A stretch of 32,000 nucleotides of DNA from Delftia acidovorans NBRC 14950 (GTDB lineage Bacteria > Pseudomonadota > Gammaproteobacteria > Burkholderiales > Burkholderiaceae_C), in the NCBI RefSeq assembly GCF_001598795.1, contig NZ_BCZP01000026.1:1-32000 (forward strand), in the 5' to 3' direction. Each line of letters begins with the position of its first letter. Position 1 is the stretch's first letter. Positions 16,697 to 23,457 of this stretch are shown piece after piece. The notes under the pieces are model-generated. The model saw only the letters and a list, made by a program, of their open reading frames with translations. It did no database searches and had not been told where the DNA came from. The translations under genes were made by a program, and so were the position numbers.

Positions 16697-17173
16697 ATGA
16701 TTGTTCTTATGACGCCCCCTCCAGACTTCGCTACCTTCGGCGACCGCCTACAGTGGTGGATGGCACATCGTGGCTACAAACAGAAGGAACTCGCGGAGTT
16801 GGCTGGGATGGGCCAGCCCGCCCTAAACGAATTGTTGAAAGGGAAAACCAAGGAGCCGCGCGCGTCGCACTTCCTTGGTTTGTGTCATGCCCTTGCACTT
16901 CGTCCTGAGTACCTACTAGACGGCGAGGGCCCTCCAGAAGTCACTAACTTTGCGCAGCTCACCGGCTTGGAAGCCCAGCTTGTGATGCTCTTTCGCGGCC
17001 TCCCTGACGATGCAAAGCGCGACGCAATGCTCATCGACCTGAATCATGAGTTCAACAGTTATCAGGCCGCCAAATCTCCTCCCGCACCATCTGTTCGGCT
17101 CACAGCAGCAGCTGGACCGCGCTCGCCAGCGGTGAAGAAGCCAGCCAAAAAGCTCGTAGACCAGGGCCTTTGA
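16697..17173 (+). CDS. CI-like XRE-family HTH repressor with no S24 peptidase domain
   Basis: The 158-aa product has the HTH ..YKQKELAELAGMGQPALNELLKGKTKEP.. and an AAGGA SD. It is divergent from the cro-like gene. An alternative ATG lies at 16709. Confidence 0.75.
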   Translation: MIVLMTPPPDFATFGDRLQWWMAHRGYKQKELAELAGMGQPALNELLKGKTKEPRASHFLGLCHALALRPEYLLDGEGPPEVTNFAQLTGLEAQLVMLFRGLPDDAKRDAMLIDLNHEFNSYQAAKSPPAPSVRLTAAAGPRSPAVKKPAKKLVDQGL

Positions 17174-17472
17174 TCAGCGGAAACGGCACTTGGCTTGCGG
17201 ATGCGCTTGGCTTCGATCTTCCGCACCATCAGAGCCCTGATGCCGCTTTTCGCAAAACTATCGCCGAACAGCAGCTCGTGAGCACAGACACAAAATAGCT
17301 CCGACAGCTCTGCAAGTTGGATTGCGGAAGGCGAAGCTATCCCTCTTTCCCAAGCCGACACCGCTTGCCTCGTCCCACCGAGGGAACTGGCCACATAGTC
17401 CTGGCTCATCCCTAGCGCCACGCGCGCACTCTTGATCCGGGCACCCAACCCCTGCATCCGCTCCGACTTCAT
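17062..17472 (-). CDS. Second XRE-family HTH protein, predicted to be LexA-controlled
   Basis: The 136-aa product has the HTH ..LGMSQDYVASSLGGTRQAVSAWERGIASPSAIQLAELSELF... It is convergent with the CI-like gene, and the two ORFs overlap by 112 bp at their 3' ends. Confidence 0.7.
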   Translation of the reverse strand: MKSERMQGLGARIKSARVALGMSQDYVASSLGGTRQAVSAWERGIASPSAIQLAELSELFCVCAHELLFGDSFAKSGIRALMVRKIEAKRIRKPSAVSADQRPWSTSFLAGFFTAGERGPAAAVSRTDGAGGDLAA

Positions 17473-17483
17473 TCAGTTTTCCG

Positions 17484-17503
17484 TACTGTGTTTTTTAACA
17501 GTA
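17484..17503. promoter_or_regulatory. LexA (SOS) box TACTGTGTTTTTTAACAGTA
   Basis: The sequence is a perfect CTGT-N8-ACAG palindrome with a TACTGT/ACAGTA frame. It lies 12 to 31 nt upstream of the ATG at 17472 and overlaps the predicted -10. Confidence 0.7.
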
Positions 17504-17528
17504 TGGCAGACAGTTACATCCCTGTCAC
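17500..17528 (-). promoter_or_regulatory. Candidate promoter of the second HTH gene (GTGACA-N17-CATACT)
   Basis: The -35 hexamer is at 17528..17523 and the -10 hexamer at 17505..17500. The -10 shares 4 nt with the LexA box. Confidence 0.5.
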
Positions 17529-17529
17529 C

Positions 17530-17596
17530 CGCAATCGTGGTTTGCGCAATCCTAGATTGCGGAGCGCAACGCACAGTTGCGCAACCCAGGGTTGCG
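17530..17596. promoter_or_regulatory. Array of TTGCG/CGCAA palindromic elements
   Basis: The elements are CGCAA at 17530, TTGCGCAA at 17542..17549, TTGCGgagCGCAA at 17557..17569, TTGCGCAA at 17577..17584 and TTGCG at 17592. The spacing is 15, 20 and 15 bp. Confidence 0.45.
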
Positions 17597-17600
17597 TCTC

Positions 17601-17702
17601 TTCGGAGCACCGAACATTTCCCCAGGATGGCCATCCATGATCGCGGAAGAATTCTAAAAATAATTCGGAATTCCGATTGACAAGCAAATTCGGTGTTCCG
17701 AT
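17601..17702. promoter_or_regulatory. OL-like operator cluster
   Basis: The sites are TTCGGAGCACCGAA (17601..17614), ATTCGGAATTCCGAT (17663..17677) and ATTCGGTGTTCCGAT (17688..17702). They share the TCGG-N4-CCGA core seen at 16635..16649. Confidence 0.6.
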
Positions 17703-17705
17703 AAT
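17677..17705 (+). promoter_or_regulatory. Strong sigma70-type promoter, PL-like (TTGACA-N17-GATAAT)
   Basis: The -35 hexamer is a consensus match and the spacer is exactly 17 bp. One operator abuts the -35 and another covers the spacer and the -10. Confidence 0.65.
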
Positions 17706-17790
17706 TCATCCCGTCAGCAGCAATCTCGCTGCCGGCGGGCTCCACGGCATTGGCCGGGCTTGCCCCGGTCTTTCAAAAATTGCAGCCGAC

Positions 17791-17914
17791 GTTTGCCTCA
17801 CCTGCGAGGCATTCCGGCACACGCACCAGTGGGCATGGGCCACTGCTCTGCTCTGGCAGTCCTGCCAGGCCCAGTCGGCCAAGCGCCGTAGACGGGCAAT
17901 GAGGTGAGGCAAAC
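17791..17914. repeat. Perfect 13-bp inverted repeat (GTTTGCCTCACCT / AGGTGAGGCAAAC) enclosing 98 bp with internal hairpins
   Basis: The arms are at 17791..17803 and 17902..17914. Internal hairpins are CAGTGG..CCACTG and CTGGCAgtccTGCCAG. The repeat lies about 80 nt downstream of the PL-like promoter in a stretch with no convincing ORF. Confidence 0.6.
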
Positions 17915-18241
17915 AGGGTTGCCAAGAACAGAAAAGCCCTGCGCGCAAGCGCTGACAGCCCGGAAAGCACGGGCGACAAACCCCAACTTTGCGAGCAGAG
18001 TTGAGGTTTGCCAAGCTGCGAAAAAGAGTAATCCAGCGGCCCCCGGGCCATGGCTTCCATGGCATAACGGTAGTGCCCTCTCGATATGTGTTGCATACTG
18101 CAACAAGGGGCATCTTTGCCGCTTGGCCCCTAGTCTCGGAAGCTAAACTGCTTCTGGGCCACTCTCTTTCCCTAGCGACCCATCCCCCTGCTCCGTCTGG
18201 CATCCCTGCCACTTTCGGGCAGGTTTGTAGAAAGAGATACA

Positions 18242-18571
18242 GTGGTCGTAGCACAGCTCATCCTCAATCCAGCCGAATCGTCGGCGGTCTACTGCGCCAT
18301 GCGCGCAACGCACTCGGTAGTTGGCCGAGTCGATCTCACGTTGGACAGAGGAACGATATGTACGAGGGTGTTTGAGTACCCCAACGGCAGAATCCGCGTG
18401 TGGCGCTCAGAGGGCGACAGAAGCGACTGCGAAAACTACGCGGGCCATCTGGACTACGCGGCTGCCTATGGGCTAGATCCCACCTTCCCCTTCCAGGTAC
18501 TGCCGCTTTTTCCTCCGCAGCCCAGCGTTACGCACGAACACAGCGAAGTGCTTGAGTGCAGCCGTTCTTAG
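18242..18571 (+). CDS. Hypothetical protein (start uncertain: GTG 18242 or ATG 18299)
   Basis: The ORF is 109 aa. By eye its third codon positions are mostly G or C, which fits coding sequence. I recognise no family and see no clear SD. Confidence 0.4.
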   Translation: MVVAQLILNPAESSAVYCAMRATHSVVGRVDLTLDRGTICTRVFEYPNGRIRVWRSEGDRSDCENYAGHLDYAAAYGLDPTFPFQVLPLFPPQPSVTHEHSEVLECSRS

Positions 18572-18701
18572 AAGGCGTGCAGCTCCGCGCTCGCGAGCTT
18601 TTTCATTGCGGACCATCAGGCTCAGGACGCCGCCAACAAAGCGTGGAGACTGGCTCACGGTACTTGATCCAAGTCATGTAAGCCAAAAAGGCAGTCTTAG
18701 A

Positions 18702-18971
18702 ATGAAGGGCCATCCAAGAAGAGCGCCCTCTGTGACCAAGGAACTAAATGAATTGAAGGGACAGGTTCTCGCGTTGTCTCTGACGCTGAATGCTGTCATC
18801 TCGGCCCTGCCGCGCACGAGCGCTGCGCATGCGGCCGTTGGCTTGCAGATCCAACGCGAAGCTCTACAGGTCCCAGATGGGGTCTCGCTCGAGGAGGCTC
18901 ACTCACTCGACGCGACCTTGGATGAGTACATCAAAAAACTGACAGCGGCTGCGAAGTCTTCCCCAAACTAG
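18702..18971 (+). CDS. Hypothetical small protein
   Basis: From the ATG at 18702 the product MKGHPRRAPSVTKELNELKGQVLALSLTLNAV.. is 89 aa. A strong terminator follows it. Confidence 0.45.
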   Translation: MKGHPRRAPSVTKELNELKGQVLALSLTLNAVISALPRTSAAHAAVGLQIQREALQVPDGVSLEEAHSLDATLDEYIKKLTAAAKSSPN

Positions 18972-19002
18972 AGCACGCCGCAGAGCTCCGTATTTTTGTT
19001 CA

Positions 19003-19038
19003 GGCCCGCAGCTTCACAAGTTGCGGGCCTTTTCTTTT
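19003..19038 (+). terminator. Rho-independent terminator
   Basis: The stem is GGCCCGCA (19003..19010) pairing with TGCGGGCC (19022..19029), followed by TTTTCTTTT. Confidence 0.75.
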
Positions 19039-19181
19039 GGTCGCCTCTGCAGCCGACTTTGAGCGTGCACCCATCACGCAAGCGCCTTCCCATGAGGGCG
19101 TTGCCGCGATGGAGCCGGAGCCATCCGGCAATCTCAACCTTTGGAGTGGGTTCTGACCTGGCTCCATCGACCCACCCACAA

Positions 19182-19206
19182 GGGCCTGCACACGCAGGCC
19201 CTTTTT
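19182..19206 (+). terminator. Rho-independent terminator
   Basis: The stem is GGGCCTGC-acac-GCAGGCCC, followed by TTTTT. Confidence 0.7.
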
Positions 19207-19223
19207 CATTTCCGGAGGCCCAC

Positions 19224-19565
19224 ATGAATGCACGACTCCCCTCTATCTGCTGGGCCTCAGTGGCCGCGGCAGAGAACGCGGCGCGCTACGACCGCGCCGA
19301 GGCAGAAGACGCCGAACTCGACGCCTATGTCCGCGACTACTACGGCCCGCCATTCGCGGCCGAGTTCGTGCAGGAAGCCCTGCAGGCCGCGCAGTACGAG
19401 CTGGCCCAGCAGATCGCCACCGCCAGCGAGCGCATGGGCCAGAGCCTGAACCCCGAACACCCGCAGCTGGCCGTCATGGGCAACTCCATGGACGAGTGGC
19501 TGCGGGCCTATGCCCGCCAACGTGCCCGCGAAGACATCGCAGACCTTCAACGAAACCGCCACTGA
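19224..19565 (+). CDS. Hypothetical phage early protein
   Basis: The ATG at 19224 has a GGAGG SD, and the 113-aa product begins MNARLPSICWASVAAAENAARYDRAEAEDAELDAYVRDYYGPPF... Confidence 0.55.
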   Translation: MNARLPSICWASVAAAENAARYDRAEAEDAELDAYVRDYYGPPFAAEFVQEALQAAQYELAQQIATASERMGQSLNPEHPQLAVMGNSMDEWLRAYARQRAREDIADLQRNRH

Positions 19566-19578
19566 TCGAGGAGCCACC

Positions 19579-19788
19579 ATGCACCAACGTGACGAAATTC
19601 CGGACCCGCCGCCGCTGGCATGGCTGATTGCCGTGCTGCTGGGCATCAGCCTGCTGTGCCTGCAGGCAACGCTGGACGATGAGCCCGGCAAGGCGCCGCC
19701 TGCCACCGTCAGCGCCCTGGCATGCCCCGGAATGCACGCCGAATGGGTGAGCGAGAGCGTAGTGGAATGCCACCGCGAAAAGCCATGA
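19579..19788 (+). CDS. Small membrane protein
   Basis: The ATG at 19579 has a GAGGAG SD. The 69-aa product has one TM helix (PLAWLIAVLLGISLLCLQA). Confidence 0.5.
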   Translation: MHQRDEIPDPPPLAWLIAVLLGISLLCLQATLDDEPGKAPPATVSALACPGMHAEWVSESVVECHREKP

Positions 19789-19943
19789 AGCTGTCCGAAC
19801 TCACCGACGCCGAGAAGGTGCCGCTGCTGATGGAGTGGCTTGAGGAAACCGCACAGAAGCTGGACAGGGCCTGGCCCGCTGGCGGCGCCCGCTACCTGGC
19901 ATTCGTCAGGGAAATGCGCGGCGATCCGGAAGACCCGGAATGA
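19785..19943 (+). CDS. Hypothetical small protein
   Basis: The ATG at 19785 overlaps the upstream stop (ATGA). The product is 52 aa. Confidence 0.45.
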   Translation: MKLSELTDAEKVPLLMEWLEETAQKLDRAWPAGGARYLAFVREMRGDPEDPE

Positions 19944-19981
19944 ACGCCCCACCCACCAAGCGCCACGCCGGCGCCGACCAT

Positions 19982-20009
19982 CGCCCGCTGCTGCGGGCGT
20001 TTCTTTTTT
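19982..20009 (+). terminator. Rho-independent terminator
   Basis: The stem is CGCCCGC-tgct-GCGGGCG, followed by TTTCTTTTTT. It lies directly upstream of the erf SD. Confidence 0.7.
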
Positions 20010-20028
20010 GACAACCCGCGAGGATCCT

Positions 20029-20781
20029 ATGAACGCTGTTTCCAAGACTGAAGCGGCAGCAATCGACATGGTGCCAGCGGCAATCATGGCGCCCCCTGCC
20101 CCGGTCATGTCTCCTGCTGCGCACTTTCTGCTGACGCTCCAAGAGCGCGGCGTGCCCCCCGAGCAGATCGAAAAATTGATGGATCTGTGGGAACGGGGTG
20201 AGCGCCGAGAAGCCGAAAAGGCCTACAACGATGCGCTGGCGGCTTTCCAGGCCAAGGGGATCAGGATCGTGAAGCGCAAGGCCGTGGACTTCACCACCAT
20301 GAAGGGCCGCACCAGCTACATGCACGCCGAACTGGACGACGTGGTGCAGGCCGTGGGCCCGGAGCTGTCCGCCCACGGCTTCTCGCGGTCCTGGGAAACC
20401 AGCCAGGCCGGCCGCGACATCACCGTGACCTGCAAGCTGCGGCATCGTCTGGGGCACAGCGAGAAGATATCGCTCACGGCCCAGCCCGACGAGACGGGCG
20501 GCAAGAACGCCATCCAGGCGATCATTTCCACCACGACCTACTTGCAGCGGCACACGCTCAAGCAGATCACGGGCGTGGCCGAGGCCGGCGAGGATGACGA
20601 CGGCCAGGGCGGCGCGGCCGCGCCTCTCTCCGATCTGGCTCAGGGCTGGATGGACTACATCATCAGCGTGCGCGGTACCGACAAGTTCGCCGAGGCCTGC
20701 CGCGAAGGCCGTGCCGCCCTCACCGAAGACCGCGCCGGCCTCATCGCCTTCAACGCTGCCGCCACAAGAGGCGCGCCATGA
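20029..20781 (+). CDS. erf: ERF-family single-strand annealing protein
   Basis: The ATG at 20029 has a GAGGA SD. The region ..VKRKAVDFTTMKGRTSYMHAELDDVVQAVGPELSAHGFS.. matches the ERF pattern, recalled from memory. The gene is coupled to the downstream exonuclease. Confidence 0.7.
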   Translation: MNAVSKTEAAAIDMVPAAIMAPPAPVMSPAAHFLLTLQERGVPPEQIEKLMDLWERGERREAEKAYNDALAAFQAKGIRIVKRKAVDFTTMKGRTSYMHAELDDVVQAVGPELSAHGFSRSWETSQAGRDITVTCKLRHRLGHSEKISLTAQPDETGGKNAIQAIISTTTYLQRHTLKQITGVAEAGEDDDGQGGAAAPLSDLAQGWMDYIISVRGTDKFAEACREGRAALTEDRAGLIAFNAAATRGAP

Positions 20782-21869
20782 GGGCCATCCTGTTTCGCTG
20801 CTCGAGCATCGGCAGGTTGATGACCGCGCCCGCGAGCATCGACCACGCGCTGATCACGCCCGAGGTCGAGGCCATCCAGGCCAAGAAGGAGCGCACAGAC
20901 GAGGAAAAGGCCCTGCTCGAAGACCTCAAGCTACGCACGCTCAGCGAAGGCGCCAAGACCTATATCCGCGAGCTGGTGCGGCAGGAAATCTGGGGCGTGG
21001 ACTTCAGCTTTTCGAGCAAGTACACCGAAAAGGGCAAGGCCGTGGAAGCGGAGGGCCTGGCACTGCTGAACCGCGTGCGCGGACTGAACCTGGCCAAGAA
21101 CACGGAGCGGCGCAGCGACGGCCAGATCACGGGTGAAGCCGACACCGTGGACCTGGTGCGCCGCTGCGGCCACGATCTGAAGTGCTCATGGAGCCTGCAG
21201 ACCTTCCCGGCCTTTGTGCGTGACTGCGAGGACGCCCTGTATGCCTGGCAGATGCGAGGCTACATGCGGCTGTGGGACCTGGAGCGCTGGGAGGTCAATT
21301 ACGTCATGGTCAACACCCCTGAGGATCTGCTGGGCCAGCATGAGCCGCAACACATCCATCTGGTCGAGCACATTCCCGAGCATATGCGCCTGACCACCTG
21401 GGCCATTGAGCGCGACCGCGCGCTGGAGGCTCAGATGGACGTGAAGCTGGAACTGGCCCGGGCCTACTACGCGCAGTGCATCGCAGAATTCACGGCCACG
21501 CATCTCATCCCTGGCCTGCCCGCCACTTCGCTAGCTGCGCCCTGGCAGCCGCCGCTGGAGCTGATCGATATCCAAGAGCCGCCCCGCGTGCTGGGCCATG
21601 TGCAGGAAGATGGCCGCGCCCTCTTGCTGGTCGAGGAGCCCGCACCGGACCCAGCGCCACCAGAGACGGTGCCCACGCTGAACATCGGGCAGATCAACAA
21701 GCGCCTGGGCATCTTCGACGTAAAAGCCACCACGGCCGCGGCCCTGGGCATTCCCACGCTCAAGGACCGCAGCGCCGTGCATCTACCGGCCAGCAGCTTT
21801 ACGGACTTCTGCAATGGGCTCATCGCCCATATCGCCGACGTGCGCGACAGCTTCCAAGCCCAGCCATGA
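20778..21869 (+). CDS. YqaJ/lambda-Exo-like PD-(D/E)XK recombination exonuclease with a C-terminal extension
   Basis: The 363-aa product has ..GEADTVDLVRRCGHDLKCSW.., a D..D-x-K-like motif. Its start overlaps the erf stop. Its position as the SSAP partner supports the call. Confidence 0.65.
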   Translation: MRAILFRCSSIGRLMTAPASIDHALITPEVEAIQAKKERTDEEKALLEDLKLRTLSEGAKTYIRELVRQEIWGVDFSFSSKYTEKGKAVEAEGLALLNRVRGLNLAKNTERRSDGQITGEADTVDLVRRCGHDLKCSWSLQTFPAFVRDCEDALYAWQMRGYMRLWDLERWEVNYVMVNTPEDLLGQHEPQHIHLVEHIPEHMRLTTWAIERDRALEAQMDVKLELARAYYAQCIAEFTATHLIPGLPATSLAAPWQPPLELIDIQEPPRVLGHVQEDGRALLLVEEPAPDPAPPETVPTLNIGQINKRLGIFDVKATTAAALGIPTLKDRSAVHLPASSFTDFCNGLIAHIADVRDSFQAQP

Positions 21870-21988
21870 GTCTTCGCAGCGTTTTCCTTGGCCTCGCAGG
21901 CATGAGCCTGCTGGCCGACAGCATTGGCTTTGCCGGTGCATTCCTCCTGGCGGCCGCAATTGCGGCATGACCAGAACTTTTAATCCAT

Positions 21989-22019
21989 GGCCCTACCAAA
22001 AGAAGGGCCCTACTTTTCT
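21989..22019 (+). terminator. Possible terminator after the recombination genes
   Basis: The stem is GGCCCT-accaaaaga-AGGGCC, followed by ctacTTTTCT. The loop is long and the T-tract is interrupted. Confidence 0.35.
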
Positions 22020-22041
22020 AAACCCTACCGGAGAAAAACCA

Positions 22042-22323
22042 ATGAACGACTACAAGACCCTGCTGCAGCAAAAGGCAGAACTGGATGCACGCATCGCAGA
22101 AGCGATGAAGACTGAAAAAGCCGGCGCTGTGGCAGAGGTCCGCACACTGGTTCAGCAGTACCAGCTGACTGAGCAAGATGTCTTTCCTTCCCGCAGCGCC
22201 AAGCCGAAGGGCTCTGTGGGCGAGCCCAAGTACCGCGATCCGGCCACCGGCGCGACCTGGACCGGCCGGGGCAAGCCGCCTAACTGGATTCAAGGGAAAG
22301 ACAGATCTTCCTTTCAACTCTGA
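22042..22323 (+). CDS. H-NS-family nucleoid-associated protein, prophage-encoded
   Basis: The ATG at 22042 has a GGAG SD. The 93-aa product has an N-terminal coiled coil and the C-terminal motif ..YRDPATGATWTGRGKPPNWI.., which is typical of the H-NS DNA-binding domain. Confidence 0.8.
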   Translation: MNDYKTLLQQKAELDARIAEAMKTEKAGAVAEVRTLVQQYQLTEQDVFPSRSAKPKGSVGEPKYRDPATGATWTGRGKPPNWIQGKDRSSFQL

Positions 22324-22357
22324 ATCCGGACTTCACAATCCTTTTTTATCGAGTAAT

Positions 22358-22846
22358 TCATTTCCCCGGTGCTTGAACCGAGTTTTGACCCATCGTTGGC
22401 AATAAGTGAATTTGTGGCACTGGGGGTTCATGAAAAACACCTGCAATCGCTATCACTGCCGTTACAATTGCCCCTAGCGCCGTAGCAATCGCAGCCCATT
22501 TAGCCCAATTAGCGGCCCTTTCTGCTGCAACTGCTGCGCGTTCAGCAACCAAATACTCCGCGCGCACCATTTCATCTCGACGCTTACGCTCCTCTGCTTC
22601 AAGCCAGAGTTGCGCAAAGCGCCGTGACGTCTCATCGACTTCAGCGTTTACAGCCAATGCCACCCGGAGAAATGCCTCTCCGTCCGGATTGAAACCATCA
22701 ACCCAATTTTGCACTGAACTAACAGAAAGGAATTTCACACGCAAGTGCTGAGACGCCAAAGCCCTCTCTGGATTTTTAAAATAGAAATTGAACCATCCTT
22801 TTTTGCTCTCAGCAACGTCATCTATTTTATCCATAGCTACTATCAT
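22358..22846 (-). CDS. Unknown tail-anchored membrane protein (cassette gene B)
   Basis: Possible starts are ATG 22846, ATG 22834 and TTG 22855. The protein has an ~75-aa N-terminal domain, a charged helix (EAEERKRRDEMVRAEYLVAERAAVAAERAA) and a C-terminal TM helix (WAAIATALGAIVTAVIAIAGVF). It is AT-rich relative to its surroundings. Confidence 0.55.
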   Translation of the reverse strand: MIVAMDKIDDVAESKKGWFNFYFKNPERALASQHLRVKFLSVSSVQNWVDGFNPDGEAFLRVALAVNAEVDETSRRFAQLWLEAEERKRRDEMVRAEYLVAERAAVAAERAANWAKWAAIATALGAIVTAVIAIAGVFHEPPVPQIHLLPTMGQNSVQAPGK

Positions 22847-22884
22847 GATAGTCAACCGTTAGAAAACTAGCAAATTTTCAGAAT

Positions 22885-23457
22885 TTAAATCTTATACATA
22901 GTTACTCCGGGATGTTTTACTCTAACCATCTGAATAAAATCCTCAAGAGCTTCTTGCAACAATTTCGCAGTAGAAATAATTTCTGTGTTTTTCTCAGGAG
23001 ATTGAATCAATATCTCACATAATACCTTCGTCTGCGCCGATATAGATCTTGTCCCTTCGAGTGCAGCTGACCAACTTATATGCAAATATTCTGCCTGAAT
23101 TGTCGCAGCTATAGCTAATTGCTCGCATACGACCGCGTGTAGAAGCTTAACATCCGCTGTCGACAGGACCGAAACTGCCACAAGTCTTTCCAGATGGGAA
23201 GAGGTAGTTGCAACAAAAGTCCTTATCTTACTTATAGCTGATATTTTTTGCAAATGTACTTGCTTTGCGTACTGCAGCTTAACCACCAAAAACGCACCGA
23301 GCAACGCAAGCACAGAGCCGACGGCCTGGACCCACCCAGCCCACTCTGACTTTGTCATACAAACCGCCCACCAATCAATCCATAAAAAACAATATTCAAT
23401 TGGCTGGTTTACTATCTGACCATCGGTATTAGCACTAACCGCTTGACTCCATTCCAT
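22885..23457 (-). CDS. Unknown N-terminally anchored membrane protein (cassette gene A)
   Basis: The ATG at 23457 has an AAGGA SD 7 nt upstream. The 190-aa product has a Trp-rich N-terminus, a TM helix (WVQAVGSVLALLGAFLVV) and an ~130-aa helical domain. It is the AT-richest coding sequence in the window. Confidence 0.55.
   Translation of the reverse strand: MEWSQAVSANTDGQIVNQPIEYCFLWIDWWAVCMTKSEWAGWVQAVGSVLALLGAFLVVKLQYAKQVHLQKISAISKIRTFVATTSSHLERLVAVSVLSTADVKLLHAVVCEQLAIAATIQAEYLHISWSAALEGTRSISAQTKVLCEILIQSPEKNTEIISTAKLLQEALEDFIQMVRVKHPGVTMYKI

Noticed and set aside
17791-17914. Interpreting the 13-bp inverted repeat as retron msr/msd a1/a2 arms or as the ends of a MITE.
   Set aside because: No reverse transcriptase gene is nearby, and the enclosed 98 nt is short for msr plus msd. 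I saw no flanking target-site duplication and no second copy in the window. It is kept only as a candidate RNA structure.
17677-18375. Track ORFs 17677..17907, 17904..18146 and 17989..18375 (+), and 17706..18254, 17773..18096 and 17798..18106 (-). Also the 5-codon mini-ORF at 18358 (MYEGV*), despite its good GAGGA SD.
   Set aside because: They have Trp/Cys/Arg-rich composition and no GC3 bias. The 17677 TTG 'start' is the -35 hexamer of a promoter. The mini-ORF is too short to call as a gene.
21866-21970. A 34-codon hydrophobic mini-ORF (MSLRSVFLGLAGMSLLADSIGFAGAFLLAAAIAA) overlapping the exonuclease stop.
   Set aside because: It is plausible as a small membrane peptide because of the ATGA coupling. 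It is too short to support without conservation or ribosome-profiling data, so it is not listed as a feature.
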